Positions 51,331 to 62,999 of a stretch of 64,000 bases of DNA are shown here, piece by piece (within the stretch, counting starts at the first letter, position 1; every line of letters starts with the position of its first letter). The notes beneath the pieces were generated by a model that searched no databases, was not told the DNA's origin, and worked only from the letters and a program-made list of their open reading frames with translations. The position numbers and the translations under genes are program-made. Source of the stretch: Phyllobates terribilis (Eukaryota); the NCBI RefSeq assembly GCF_046119375.1, contig NW_027362761.1, positions 919,708,001-919,772,000 on the forward strand, read 5' to 3'.

Positions 51331-54300
51331 CGGTTGGCAAGTTGGAACTGTGAGATTCACTACGTGCACCACTGGTATTTTGTGGAAAAGCACATGTAAG
51401 ATTCTGCAACAGTCTCTGCTGATACTCCTGCATGCGTGCATCCCTTTCTATGGCAGGAATAATTTCTGCAAATTTACTTTTGTACCGGGGATCTAACAGT
51501 GTGGCAACCCAGTAGTCAGGATTATTTCTAATTCTCACAATTCGAGGGTCATGTTGCAGGTAGTGCAGCAAGAAGGCACTCATGTGTGTTGCGCATCCAG
51601 GAGCACCAAGTCCCTGTTGTGTTGGTGGCGAGGTAACAATCATGCTTCCTTCCTCTGTCCTCTCCCCCCAACCTCGCACAACAGAAATGTGATCAAGGTC
51701 TCCCTCATCTGATGAGTCTTCCATCAGTTCGTCCTCCACTTCTTCCTGGGCTCCTGCACCTTCCTCACTAGTTTGGCTGCTACCATGCGCCCTGGTAAAA
51801 TCATCTCCCCCACCCTCACATGCCTGCCGCCCTGGTGTTGCCGACCGTCTGGACCTTGCAGATGTTAGCCCTTCCGCATACAACTCCTCCTCCTCTACTT
51901 CCTCCACCTCCTCTTGTGCCACCACCTGACTCCGAATTCTGTTTAACATGTGCTCCAGCATGTAAATCACCGGAATAGTCATGCTGATAATGGCATCGTC
52001 AGCACTAAACATCTTCGTCGCCATTTCAAAACTGTGCAGAAGGGTGCATAGGTCCCTGATCTGAGACCACTCCTCCAGCGTGATTTGCCCCACCTCTGAA
52101 TCTCGTTGGCCCAGGCTATACGTCAGAACGTATTGCACCAGGGCTTGTCGGTGCTGCCACAGTCGCTGCAACATGTGCAGAGTTGAATTCCACCGGGTAG
52201 GCACATCGCATTTTAGCCGGTGAAGTGGCAGGCCCAACGACTTCTGTAGAGATGTAAGTCGCTGAGCTGCGGGATGCGAACGGCGGAAGTGAGCACACAG
52301 CGACCGTGCCCTCTGCAGAAGGCCATCTAGTCTGGGATAGTGGGCTAAAAATTGCTGGACAACCAGGTTCAACACGTGAGCCATACAAGGCACGTGTGTG
52401 ACATTGCCCCGGCGAAGGGCCGCACCCAGGTTTGCAGCATTGTCGCACACGGCCTTCCCTGGTTTCAGGTCCAGTGGAGACAACCATTCATAAAATTGGT
52501 TCTCCAGAGCTGACCACAACTCCTCAGCTGTGTGACTCACATTTCCCAGACATTTCAATGTAAAAACCGCCTGATGACGTTGAGCCCTACTGCCAGCATA
52601 GTAAGGAGGTGTGCAGGATCCCTTCTGCGCAGTTAGAAAGCCTGTGGCATGACCAGACAGGCTTTGGGTGCAGGTGGAAGACCGAGAGGAGGTTGAGGAG
52701 GCAGAAGCAGTGGAGGAAAAATGACATAAAGAGGATTGACGCACAACTCGTGGGGACGGCAAGACTTGGACAGCAGCCCCTTGTCCTGCTGTCACCATAG
52801 TTACCCAGTGCCCAGTCAGCGACATGTAACGCCCCTGTCCATGCCTACTCGTCCAAGTGTCTGTGGTGAAATGCACCCTGTCACACACAGAGTTTCTCAA
52901 AGAAGCGGTGATGTTGTGTGCGACATGCTGGTGGAGCACAGGCACACCTTTCTTTGAGAAGTAGTGCCGACTGGGCATCTGGTACTGGGGCACTGCGACG
53001 GACATAAGGTCTCGAAAATCGTCTGTGTCCACCAGGCGGAAAGGCAGCATTTCTGTAGCCAAGAGCTTGCAGATGGTGAAATTCAACCTCTTAGCTTTCT
53101 CATGGCTAGGAGGAAATGGTCTTTTACTTGTCCACATCTGAGGGACCGAGGGCTGGCTATTGTGCTTAGACGGGGTTGATAAGGGTGTCCCCGGCAAACT
53201 GCCGGTCTGTGAGGAAGATGCAGGCGGACATGTTAGGTTGCCTTGATCCAAAGGTGGTGCTATCGATGTCGGACAGCGCTCAAGACCAGCTGGTGTTACC
53301 ACCTCCAAAGAAAATGATGACCTGCCAATCACGCTGGCTGTTGCGGGTAAAGAGGTGGCAGGTCTGCGCCCCAAAACAGGTGTGACTGCTGTCCCCCCAG
53401 TCACAGAGGATGAAGAGGCCGCGGATGCACAAGATATGGCAGACGGTGGTTGGCCCGGCCGGCTAGACCGCATTGTAGCACACTGAGCTTCCCACTGCAA
53501 CTTATGCTTCATGTCCATGTGCCGGTTCATGCATGAAGTACTCAAACTATGTATTTTTTGGCCTCTACTTAGCTTTTGCTGACAAATGTTACAGATAACA
53601 CGAGTTGGGTCATCTTTATCGATCTGAAAAAATGCCCAGGCTATGCAAGGCTTAGCACCCATGCGACCTGAAGAGCCACCATGACTTGTGGTGAGAGGCA
53701 GAGTTGTGTTTGAGGATGCAGTTGTTGACGTGCTTCCAGTACTACGTCTCTGTCCAGGAAGGCGCAACCTGACCTCGTCGTCACTAGCATCTTCCTCCAC
53801 CTCCTCTGCTGACCTCATCTCTTGGCTGACTGTGGGTTGACAGTAAGTGGGATCTCCGACCTCATCATCATCACCCTGTGCGTTATCACACCCGTCGTCC
53901 TCAGAGCCAACCTGTTCCTGCCCTGACAAAAAACTAAAGTTGTCGCTCCAATCAGGTATTTGAGTCTTATCATTGTCTTCCTCATTGTCTCCACCAACAG
54001 GAGTTACAGTTTGGGAATGAGGGTCTACATTATGGTCAGAACCTTCTGCGTCTGGTCCTGGATCCGACTCATAAAGATTCTGGGCATCAGTGCAGATCAT
54101 TTCCTCGTCTGGATTCACAGAAGCGCTGGAGTCGACCTCTGATTCCCAGGCTATAGTATGAGTAAACAGCTCTGCAGACTCAACCATCTGTTCTACCTCA
54201 TACTCAGACGGGCAGCTGGAGATTTGGGAGCTGTGAGGAAGCAAGTGCGATTTGGGTGACACCTTTGAGGACTGGAGTATTTGTGATGTTGAAGTTGATG

Positions 54301-54556
54301 TGGAGGAGAGCCCACTTAAAGGAGCACTTGATATCCGTTGAAGCACCTGCTGTTTTTGTGCCTCATCTGGAATTTGTAGCGATTGGCGTGGCCGTAAGAA
54401 AGGGATCTTATCACATTGTCCGCTAAAAGAAGTAGACATTTTAGTTTGGCTGGAAGATGGTCTTTCTTCTGCACCTACCCCACGGACACAACCTTTTTTC
54501 CCCTTCCCAACACGCCTATTCCCCTTTCCACCAGCAGCAGGCCTTTTTCCACTCAT
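51281..54556 (-). CDS. hAT transposase ORF, 1091 aa without stops but C-terminally truncated (last ~15 aa are antisense L1)
   Basis: Intact BED finger AWAFF..CNIC..RHMDMKH; FTTDTWTS, VCDNAANL, CMAHVLNL, CDVPTRWNST, TLLDPRYK. The SERVFS/dimerization region (~150 aa) is absent. Confidence 0.9.
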   Translation of the reverse strand: MSGKRPAAGGKGNRRVGKGKKGCVRGVGAEERPSSSQTKMSTSFSGQCDKIPFLRPRQSLQIPDEAQKQQVLQRISSAPLSGLSSTSTSTSQILQSSKVSPKSHLLPHSSQISSCPSEYEVEQMVESAELFTHTIAWESEVDSSASVNPDEEMICTDAQNLYESDPGPDAEGSDHNVDPHSQTVTPVGGDNEEDNDKTQIPDWSDNFSFLSGQEQVGSEDDGCDNAQGDDDEVGDPTYCQPTVSQEMRSAEEVEEDASDDEVRLRLPGQRRSTGSTSTTASSNTTLPLTTSHGGSSGRMGAKPCIAWAFFQIDKDDPTRVICNICQQKLSRGQKIHSLSTSCMNRHMDMKHKLQWEAQCATMRSSRPGQPPSAISCASAASSSSVTGGTAVTPVLGRRPATSLPATASVIGRSSFSLEVVTPAGLERCPTSIAPPLDQGNLTCPPASSSQTGSLPGTPLSTPSKHNSQPSVPQMWTSKRPFPPSHEKAKRLNFTICKLLATEMLPFRLVDTDDFRDLMSVAVPQYQMPSRHYFSKKGVPVLHQHVAHNITASLRNSVCDRVHFTTDTWTSRHGQGRYMSLTGHWVTMVTAGQGAAVQVLPSPRVVRQSSLCHFSSTASASSTSSRSSTCTQSLSGHATGFLTAQKGSCTPPYYAGSRAQRHQAVFTLKCLGNVSHTAEELWSALENQFYEWLSPLDLKPGKAVCDNAANLGAALRRGNVTHVPCMAHVLNLVVQQFLAHYPRLDGLLQRARSLCAHFRRSHPAAQRLTSLQKSLGLPLHRLKCDVPTRWNSTLHMLQRLWQHRQALVQYVLTYSLGQRDSEVGQITLEEWSQIRDLCTLLHSFEMATKMFSADDAIISMTIPVIYMLEHMLNRIRSQVVAQEEVEEVEEEELYAEGLTSARSRRSATPGRQACEGGGDDFTRAHGSSQTSEEGAGAQEEVEDELMEDSSDEGDLDHISVVRGWGERTEEGSMIVTSPPTQQGLGAPGCATHMSAFLLHYLQHDPRIVRIRNNPDYWVATLLDPRYKSKFAEIIPAIERDARMQEYQQRLLQNLTCAFPQNTSGARSESHSSNLPTVVCMELFNKGPKIKIT

Positions 54557-54670
54557 TTTGGTGGTTAACTAATTCACAACTCTGGAGTTGTTTGCACAAA
54601 AAAACAATGGATGGTAACCGAGCAGAGCTGAGTGGCCAAACTGTGGTATTAGGCCAAAACTATTGGCTGG

Positions 54671-56718
54671 GTTAGATGCAGAAAAAAATTATTTTTAATT
54701 TGCAACCTGATGGAGGTCAGTATAGATGGACTAATAGACCAAGTCCCACACACCGCTAGAAGCCCAAATAGTTTTTCAGAGCTAGATGCAGAAAATTTTT
54801 TTATTCAATTTGCAACCTGATGGAGGTCAGTATAGATGGACTAATAGACCAAGTCCCACACACTGCTAGAAGCCCAAATATTTTTTCAGAGCTAGATGCA
54901 GAAAAAAATTATTTTTAATTTGCAACCTGATGGAGGTCAGTATAGATGGACTAATAGACCAAGTCCCACACACCGCTAGAAGCCCAAATATTTTTTCAGA
55001 GCTAGATGCAGAAAAAAATTATTTTTAATTTGCAACCTGATGGAGGTCAGTATAGATGGACTAATAGACCAAGTCCCACACACCGCTAGAAGCCCAAATA
55101 TTTTTTCAGAGCTAGATGCAGAAAAAAATTATATTCAATTTGCAACCTGCTGGAGGTCAGTATAGAAGGACTAATAGAACAAGTCCCACACACTGCTAGA
55201 AGCCCAAATATTTTTTCAGAGCTAAATGAAGAAAAAAATTATTTTTAATTTGCAACCTGATGGAGGTCAGTATAGATGGACTAATAGACCAAGTCCCACA
55301 CACTGCTAGAAGCCCAAATATTTTTTCAGAGCTAGATGCAGAAAAAAAATATTTTAATTTGCAACCTGATGGAGGTCAGTATAGATGGACTAATAGACCA
55401 AGTCCCACACACTGCTAGAAGCCCAAATATTTTTTCAGAGCTAGATGCAGAAAAAAATTATTTTTAATTTGCAACCTGATGGAGGTCAGTATAGATGGAC
55501 TAATAGACCAAGTCCCACACACCGCTAGAAGCCCAAATATTTTTTCAGAGCTAGATGCAGAAAAAAAGTATATTCAATTTGCAACCTGCTGGACGTCAGT
55601 ATAGAAGGACTAATAGAACAAGTCCCACACACTGCTAGAAGCCCAAATATTTTTTCAGAGCTAAATGAAGAAAAAAATTATTTTTAATTTGCAACCTGAT
55701 GGAGGTCAGTATAGATGGACTAATAGACCAAGTCCCACACACTGCTAGAAGCCCAAATATTTTTTCAGAGCTAGATGCAGAAAAAAATTATTTTTAATTT
55801 GCAACCTGATGGAGGTCAGTATAGATGGACTAATAGACCAAGTCCCACACACCGCTAGAAGCCCAAATATTTTTTCAGAGCTAGATGCAGAAAATTTTTT
55901 TATTCAATTTGCAACCTGATGGAGGTCAGTATAGATGGACTAATAGACCAAGTCCCACACACTGCTAGAAGCCCAAATATTTTTTCAGAGCTAGATGCAG
56001 AAAAAAAATATTTTTAATTTGCAACCTGATGGAGGTCAGTATAGATGGACTAATAGACCAAGTCCCACACACTGCTAGAAGCCCAAATATTTTTTCAGAG
56101 CTAGATGCAGAAAAAAAATATTTTTAATTTGCAACCTGATGGAGGTCAGTATAGATGGACTAATAGAACAAGTCCCACACGCTGCTAGAAGCCCAAATAT
56201 TTTTTCAGAGATAAATGAAGAAAAAAATTATTTTTAATTTGCAACCTGATGGAGGTCAGTATAGATGGACTAATAGACCAAGTCCCACACACTGCTAGAA
56301 GCCCAAATATTTTTTCAGAGCTAGATGCAGAAAAAAATTATTTTTAATTTGCAACCTGATGGAGGTCAGTATAGATGGACTAATAGACCAAGTCCCACAC
56401 ACCGCTAGAAGCCCAAATATTTTTTCAGAGCTAGATGCAGAAAAAAATTATATTCAATTTGCAACCTGCTGGAGGTCAGTATAGAAGGACTAATAGAACA
56501 AGTCCCACACACTGCTAGAAGCCCAAATATTTTTTCAGAGCTAAATGAAGAAAAAAATTATTTTTAATTTGCAACCTGATGGAGGTCAGTATAGATGGAC
56601 TAATAGACCAAGTCCCACACACTGCTAGAAGCCCAAATATTTTTTCAGAGCTAGATGCAGAAAAAAATTATATTCAGTTTGCAACCTGATGGAGGTCAGT
56701 ATAGATGGACTAATAGAA
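54671..56718. repeat. 110-bp satellite x~18.6 in the hAT3 5' region
   Basis: GCTAGATGCAG at 54781, 54891, 55001...; variant monomer (GCTAAATGAAG) at 55221, 55660, 56210 and 56540. Confidence 0.97.
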
Positions 56719-59096
56719 TGATGCTATGCCCAAAAGATTTTACTTCACTAGGTGCAGTAAAAAAATTGGTATTCTATACACAGGTGGTATATCTTGCAAC
56801 ACAGATAGGCTACTCCACTGACTAACACACTCTGCAATAGGCCAAAAAGGATTAGCTTTGCTAGATTCAGCCAAATGCTGTGAAAAAAACTTGCACAGCA
56901 CTGGCACAGACCTGCCTGGCAAAAACTGATAGGAACAGATGTAACCTAGTCCTGAAAAGGACTCCAATTACAATTAGTCTTTACTCCCACAATCTATCTA
57001 TTTAAGAGCACAGACCTGCCTGATAAAAGTCGTAGGAAATGCTGTAACCTAGTCCTTAAAAGGACTGCAATCACAACTATTCCCTACTCCCAAGCTATCT
57101 GTATATTTGTGCGAAAATTGGCTTGAAATTAACAAGGTATAGCGCACACAGCAACAGCGGTGCCGTCTAACACGCAGCTGCAGCAGTGAGAAAATGGTGG
57201 CGACGGGGAAAATGGCTTGGTCTTATAGGGCAAGGACATGTGACATACACTGCCAATCACACATGCCCTTGCTTGTGTGAAAAAAAGCACTTCGCTCCGT
57301 GTGTGCGCTGCTGATAGGCTGACAGATTGCACCTCCCCACTGCAAATGCGGGAAAGAGAAAAAAAAATGGAGATCTTCATTGTTCCTGCAGAGATCCATC
57401 CCCTGCCCCTCCCCCCGCCCCGCTGTACACTCAAACTGCGTATTAACATTAATTTTCATCATTACTGAGAAAAAATCCAGTTATGATTTTGGTGCATGAA
57501 CAGTTATCGAACATAACCTCGAACAGCCGAATTTTTCTCAAATTGTTCGTGTTCGCCGACCGGCTCGAACACCGCCCAAAACAGCTCGAATTTGAGATTG
57601 GCGAACAGTTCGAGTAGAACAACGCTCATCTCTAGTATTGAGGACCCGGGGCACTTCTAGTCTGCAGGTAGCAGAGAAAGATAAATAGGACTCCAGGCTA
57701 AAACGTGGGGGAGATATCGGATGTGGAGCACTGTTGGTATTGCAGAAGAGTCTCTTGGACTAGAGATTAGAGTCACAGAGATGCTTCACTTAAAGAGGGA
57801 ACCAGGGCTGAAGATGTTGCCAGCGCCTGTGAGGGAGATAATAACCTGTCGGGCCTTATCCATTATATCTGCCTGTAAATATTTTACATACTCCTCTTCC
57901 CCAAGTAAAGTCCAAGTTATGGTTAAGAACCTCGTGTCCTCTGAATTTATTACAGCCCTGGTCCCAGAACAGAAATGCCTGGAGACAGCCGCGAGCAGAT
58001 GGTTTGAAGTAAGTGGAGAACGCCACATACACAGCCACACATCAGAGAGAGGACACGTATTGTCTGTAGGGTGCCAGAGCGAGCAGGGGCTACAGTTCGC
58101 CCACGACTACCTCGCTGAGGCACCTTACACTGACATCATCACGCTGCTGAACTTCGGGACAGGGGCAGATGGGTACTCCTCTATCTCAGTCCCGGCACTC
58201 ATGTTGTGCTGGCCTGCTCTAGGCTAATTAGCATCCACTGTGAATCTGAAGCTGAGAATTAAAGGAATCAGGAGGAAATTAACTTTTCTGCAAGGGATTT
58301 CAACAACACCAATTGATTAAGGAGCATGTAGAAAGCATGGCTGACTGATAAATACTTTGTTGGGTTTTTCTTTGCATATGATGTGTGTAACATACATTCC
58401 TTGGTTGTGCTCCTTAGAACGTAAAACGAAAATCCAAATTTAGACAAGCAATGTATACTGTATATTGCATATGACTTCCAAATCCCATCTGGCTTTAATA
58501 ATAGAAAACAGAGAAATTAATTAAAGGATTTGGAAAAGCATTATAAAAACGAAAAGTCATATTTCAACTAAATGATCCCATCCTTCAATTATCATTCAGA
58601 AGGGATTATGTTAATATATTGTAAGTGCAACAGCAACATCTAGAAACTGAAGTTCAATAAGATGCGCACCTTTATCCAATTTATTCTGTTTGCGATGCTC
58701 CTCTAGGCATACTTGCCAACAATGTGATTTGTTTGATCATATACTGTATACCAGCAGTAATTACCATCAAACCCCACAAGAGATTTTACAAAAAGTAGCT
58801 ATTTGGCAGAAATAACAAAGATTTGTGTATTGCACATGATCTCATTATTTCTTTTATGTAAAATGAACTGTTCTACTAATTCCCAGAGAATGCAATGTTC
58901 GACTTCATCAATTGATATCACCATAACATTTTTTAGAGCTCTGTTCAAACCTAAAACATATCTTTATTTTTATTGAAAACTTTTACAGTTGCTGGAAAAG
59001 TAGGTAGAAAACTGCTTGGCAGCTTAATATTAGGGGTACTTTCCAACACTACAAGCTCTATATGAAAAGCAGAATCACAGAAAAACAACAATCAAA

Positions 59097-59660
59097 TCAA
59101 GAGCAGGTCCAGAGAAGAGCGACCAATGTTATTAACGGAACAGGTGAACTGCATTACCAAGACGGTTTATTAAATGTAGGGTTGTTCAGTTTGGAAAAAC
59201 AAAGGTTTAGGGGTGATCTTATTACAATATACAAATATATGAGGGTACAATATAAAGATCTTTCTAATGATCTTTTTACACATAGGCCTGCAATGATGAC
59301 AAGGGGGCATCCTATACATCTAAAGGAAAGAATTTTGAATGATAATCTCAGATGGCGATTATTTACTGTAAGAGGAGTGAGACTTTGGAACTCTCTGTCA
59401 CATGATGCTGTAATGAGTGATTCACTACAAAAGTTCAAGGAAGCCTGGACTCTTTTCTAGAAAAATATAATATTACAGGTTATGGGTACTAGATTGTGTG
59501 ATGTCATGTTGATCCAGTGAACTAGTTTGATTGCCTATGTGAAATCGGGAAGGCAATTAGTAGCTGGAATATTTGTCTCTCTCTGGATCAACATGTTAGA
59601 CTATGGGTTGAACTCAATTGACTTATGACAACCTTCAACCTAAAAAATTATGAAACAATG
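59097..59660 (+). mobile_element. CR1 LINE 3' fragment
   Basis: EQVQRRAT..LFSLEKQRFRGDLITIYKY..TRGH..FTVRGVRLWNSL..FKEA, followed by the CR1 3' UTR GGATCAACATGTTAGACTATGGGTTGAACT. Confidence 0.9.
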
Positions 59661-59712
59661 AAAATGTGTGTGCTTTAAAACTGATATATATAGCACAACT
59701 TACCTGTAATAA

Positions 59713-60738
59713 TGTAAGGAGATGGACAAATAGAAGATTTCCACAGTTAATGTATAACAGGATGTCCGCAAGACATCTCTGCCATCTACTGGCCAAAGAT
59801 TGTAGGACAAGAGAAAGGAGAAAGGATTGCATCAGCAGAAACTGCATAACAAAGTGCTTGATTCTTGAGGGGAAGTAATTGGAGGAGACACCAGGTCAAG
59901 TGACAGCTGTGGCGCAGTTAATAATTATAAAAGGCACAGGAGGTCAGTGAATTGGAGGAGTCGGCGCCTGAACCTGTAGCAGAACGTACACATGGTACTG
60001 CGAGGTTGGCTTATGGCCACCATATTGAGTGACCAGGCCCAAGTTAAGAATCGAGGGGCCAGACTAGAGTGAAGAATTGAGTGACCAGACCCGAGTGAAG
60101 AATCATGTAACCAGACTCGGGGGAGAGTGACCAGAGCTGGGAAGCCGGAAACGAGAGACCAGAGCTATGAGATCCGAGCCGAGGTAGCAGAGCCAGAGCC
60201 AAGAGAGATGACTAGGCCATTGAAGAGGGTCGTTCGAGTTATCTGTGACAGCCAGTGTAGACGTATGGTACACAGGGGACAGGGACCATGCTTCAGGGGA
60301 TGAAGGCTGTAATGGATATACAAAGTGACTCATAAATAAGGGACTTGTGGCCTAACAGCCTGATTTCATAAGTCTCCATTAGGGCCTGTATTACGGCTTG
60401 TATTGCCTAGAGAGTGACAGAGAGAGAAAGCGGTAATAGGCCTGATAGTGACGGTGACGCACCTCAAGTTAAGGTATTAGGCCCAAGACATAGCTGACGA
60501 TAATATTTATTTGTAATAATAGAACAATAGTGTGTGGTTAGAATTGTGTTGATATCCACTATAGCTGAATTGCTGTATTCTATTGTACAATACCGTATGG
60601 TCCTTCCTCCGTTTGCTTTACCTTTCATATTGTGCTGTAGGCACCACTTATACTTGTATTAATTAATTAAATATTTGGTGGTTAATTTACCACTGTGTCC
60701 TCATCCTCTGTGCTGTTGCATCTGCTTACCTGTTTACA
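59713..60738 (+). mobile_element. Solo LTR, 1026 bp, 4-bp TSD ATAA
   Basis: TGTAAG...TTTACA; ATAA at 59709-59712 and 60739-60742; TATAAAAGG at ~59926. Confidence 0.82.
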
Positions 60739-60759
60739 ATAAATATCATGATTCTCTTC

Positions 60760-61402
60760 AAGGGATATTCCCAAGGTAGTAAGTTATCCCTGGTTATCCC
60801 CTATTCAGCTATTCCAGGCTAAAGGCCAGACACTGAGCTGAATGAGAATCTGTCTCCAGAGTTTATTTTAAATGAGAGGGGGAATTACCAGTGTGATGTG
60901 TAATGGCCGCTCTCTGCTCTCCTGATCTCACTGCAGAGCTGTGTGTGATTATACCTGACACATCTGCAGGCTCCTCTCGCTGCAGAGCTGTGTGTGATTA
61001 TACCTGACACATCTGCAGGTTCCCCTCAGTGTTGAGCTTCCATTTCACAGGCAAACAGTGTTGTTATATTTTTGCAATACAGCAGAGCTGTGAGAGCTGC
61101 ATTTGCTAACGTGTTTTTTATGAGACAAAGATCATTTCTACTGCTCTGTGTTAGTTACATGCTTCACACTGGTAAGGCCTAGTTTTATTAAAAATAAGCT
61201 CTAGAGGCAGATTCTCAGGGAGATCGGTGTCCGGCCCATAGTCTTTAACAGTTCATTGTCATATTTGGAAAACATGGATTTCTCTGGAGTAAGGCACCGT
61301 ATCGCAGATAATAAGGTACCATTTTATTCAGCTTGCTATGACCTACATGCACATATAGATGACTTACGAGGGTTGATTCTACTTACAGATTCCTTTCAAC
61401 CC
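60760..61402. mobile_element. TTAA-type (Kolobok/T2-like) non-autonomous element
   Basis: TTCAAGGGATATTCCC ... ACAGATTCCTTTCAA, with degenerate TTAA sites; internal 40-bp duplication at 60935-61020. Confidence 0.45.
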
Positions 61403-61532
61403 TTTCATGACATCCGCCATACATGTATGGTGCTGCAGGTGGTGCATTCCAGCAAACCACTGTACATGTACAAACAAAAGAGGAAAAAAGTCAGCTCAAC
61501 TTACTCAGACATCAGGTTCATGGAACAGCCGT

Positions 61533-61770
61533 GAAAAAACAAGAAGTGATCCAGCATCCAGAAGTCTTCTTTAAAATCAATAATCCTTTATTGGAAAAGT
61601 GTTTTAAAAGTTATATGCAGAAAAGTCACAGCCCCCACGGGAGGAGGTGATGTACAGACGCATTTCAGACCTTATGGTCCTTAATCATATGATTTTTAAA
61701 ATACTTTTCCAATAAAGGATCATTGATTTTAAAGAAGACTTCTGGATGCTGGTTCACTCCTTGTTTTTTC
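61533..61770. repeat. Inverted repeat, ~78-bp arms, ~80-bp loop
   Basis: GAAAAAACAAG..CCAGCATCCAGAAGTCTTCTTTAAAATCAAT.ATCCTTTATTGGAAAAGT versus its reverse complement at 61693-61770. Confidence 0.85.
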
Positions 61771-62073
61771 CTACCGTACATGTACGGTGTGACGATCGAG
61801 TGGGTTGACTCTGAGCGCTGGTTCGATCAAAAGCGGGTGTCAGCGCTAAATGAGCGCTTTCCATGTGAATTTCTGAAATACTTGATTCAGACAGAACCTT
61901 TGGTGGAAGATTCCCTATAATGAGGCAGATGGAGACACTGTGTAAGCCGTCTGACCTATAATCTGCCAGTGTCCGTCTTTTTAAGCTTGCATAAAAGCAC
62001 GGTTGGCCACAGTTTTGTGAATCTCTGAAAAGAAGGACACTGCGGAACAGAGGCCAGATGGAGTACAGAGTAA

Positions 62074-62801
62074 GGCCGGTTTCATACGTCCGGATATTTC
62101 CGGTACCGGAAAAACCCGCACCTGTGGCACACGTGTGCCGCCTGTGTGTCGAATCAGGAGCACATGTACCGGTGTTTGGGAATCAACAGTACAGTTAGCG
62201 CTGTTCCCAAGTGCCAGGTGCTGAACGCTGCCCTCATCATAGTCCCCTGCCGGCTCTGCGATCAGCACCAGCAGGGACAATGATGAGAGTTGTAGTTTGC
62301 TCCATCTGTAAAAATAAGAATAACATTTAAAAATCCATATACTCACCTGTCTAAGTGTCCCCTGCTGTAATCCATGCGACCGCTCAGCAGAGGAGCCGGG
62401 GAGAATGACTCTTGCAGCAAGCTGCTCTGGATCTCCGCTGCGCTCAGTGAGTGACAGGACACCGATTGCTGAGCGCAGCTCCGGGGCCTGCTCGCTGGAG
62501 CGAATCATTCTCCCCGGCTCTACCACTGATTACCAAGCGCCAGTACGTGTCACATGGATGGCATCCATGTGCGGTACATGCTTACATGGACCCATTGACT
62601 TGAATGGGTCCATATGATCCGTGCTGCTGGCCGAAAATGGACATGTGTAAGTGTGGATCACACGGACACACGGGCCGTGGAAACACACTGACATGTGCGT
62701 AGACCGTTCATTTGAATGACTCTACGTGTGTGTCAGTGTCTCCGGTACGTGTGGGAATCTGTCACTACACGTACCGGACGCGCTGACTTGTGAAAGATCC
62801 C
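62074..62801. mobile_element. Harbinger-like non-autonomous element, TAA TSD
   Basis: TAA|GGCCGGTTTCATACGTC ... GACTTGTGAAAGATCCC|TAA; internal palindrome GGGGAGAATGA...TCATTCTCCCC at 62397-62514. Confidence 0.6.
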
Positions 62802-62999
62802 TAACTCTGCTGCCTCATTATAGTGAATGGATCCTTCAGGGGTTTCTTCTGAATCACATCATTCAGAGATTTAGATGGAAACCCCGATGAAAATGCTCAG
62901 CGTAGAGCACAGGACAGATGTGATGCAAAATGTTATGTAAAATATTCCTAATAAAAGCTTTAACTCAATCCACAAAAAAACAAGTCCTCACTCAGGCCC

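Larger units (their letters stand above)
48624..57634 (-). mobile_element. Large Ac-type hAT (hAT3), 9011 bp, TSD GTATTGAG, distinct subfamily
   Basis: TAGTGTTGAGC ... GCTCATCTCTA; TSD at 48616-48623 and 57635-57642; GTTCG-rich subterminal motifs at both ends. Confidence 0.93.
47748..58200 (-). pseudogene. Unidentified degenerate ORF (~1.4 kb once hAT3 is removed), possibly env-like or accessory
   Basis: Removing 48624-57642 joins the frame of ORF 57786-58040 in register with ORF 48200-48718 (...KCPGS|SIPPLSFSGW...). Several stops; Cys/Trp-rich with NCS, NLT and NCS sequons. Confidence 0.35.

Noticed and set aside
57721-58227. 168-aa plus-strand ORF as a real gene
   Set aside because: Mirror frame of the minus-strand degenerate ORF; no motif, and the PPT/LTR polarity favours the minus strand.
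61252-61316. Exon-like SLSYLENMDFSGVRHRIADNK with AG/GT boundaries
   Set aside because: Lies inside the TTAA-type non-autonomous element 60760-61402, so it is probably fortuitous.
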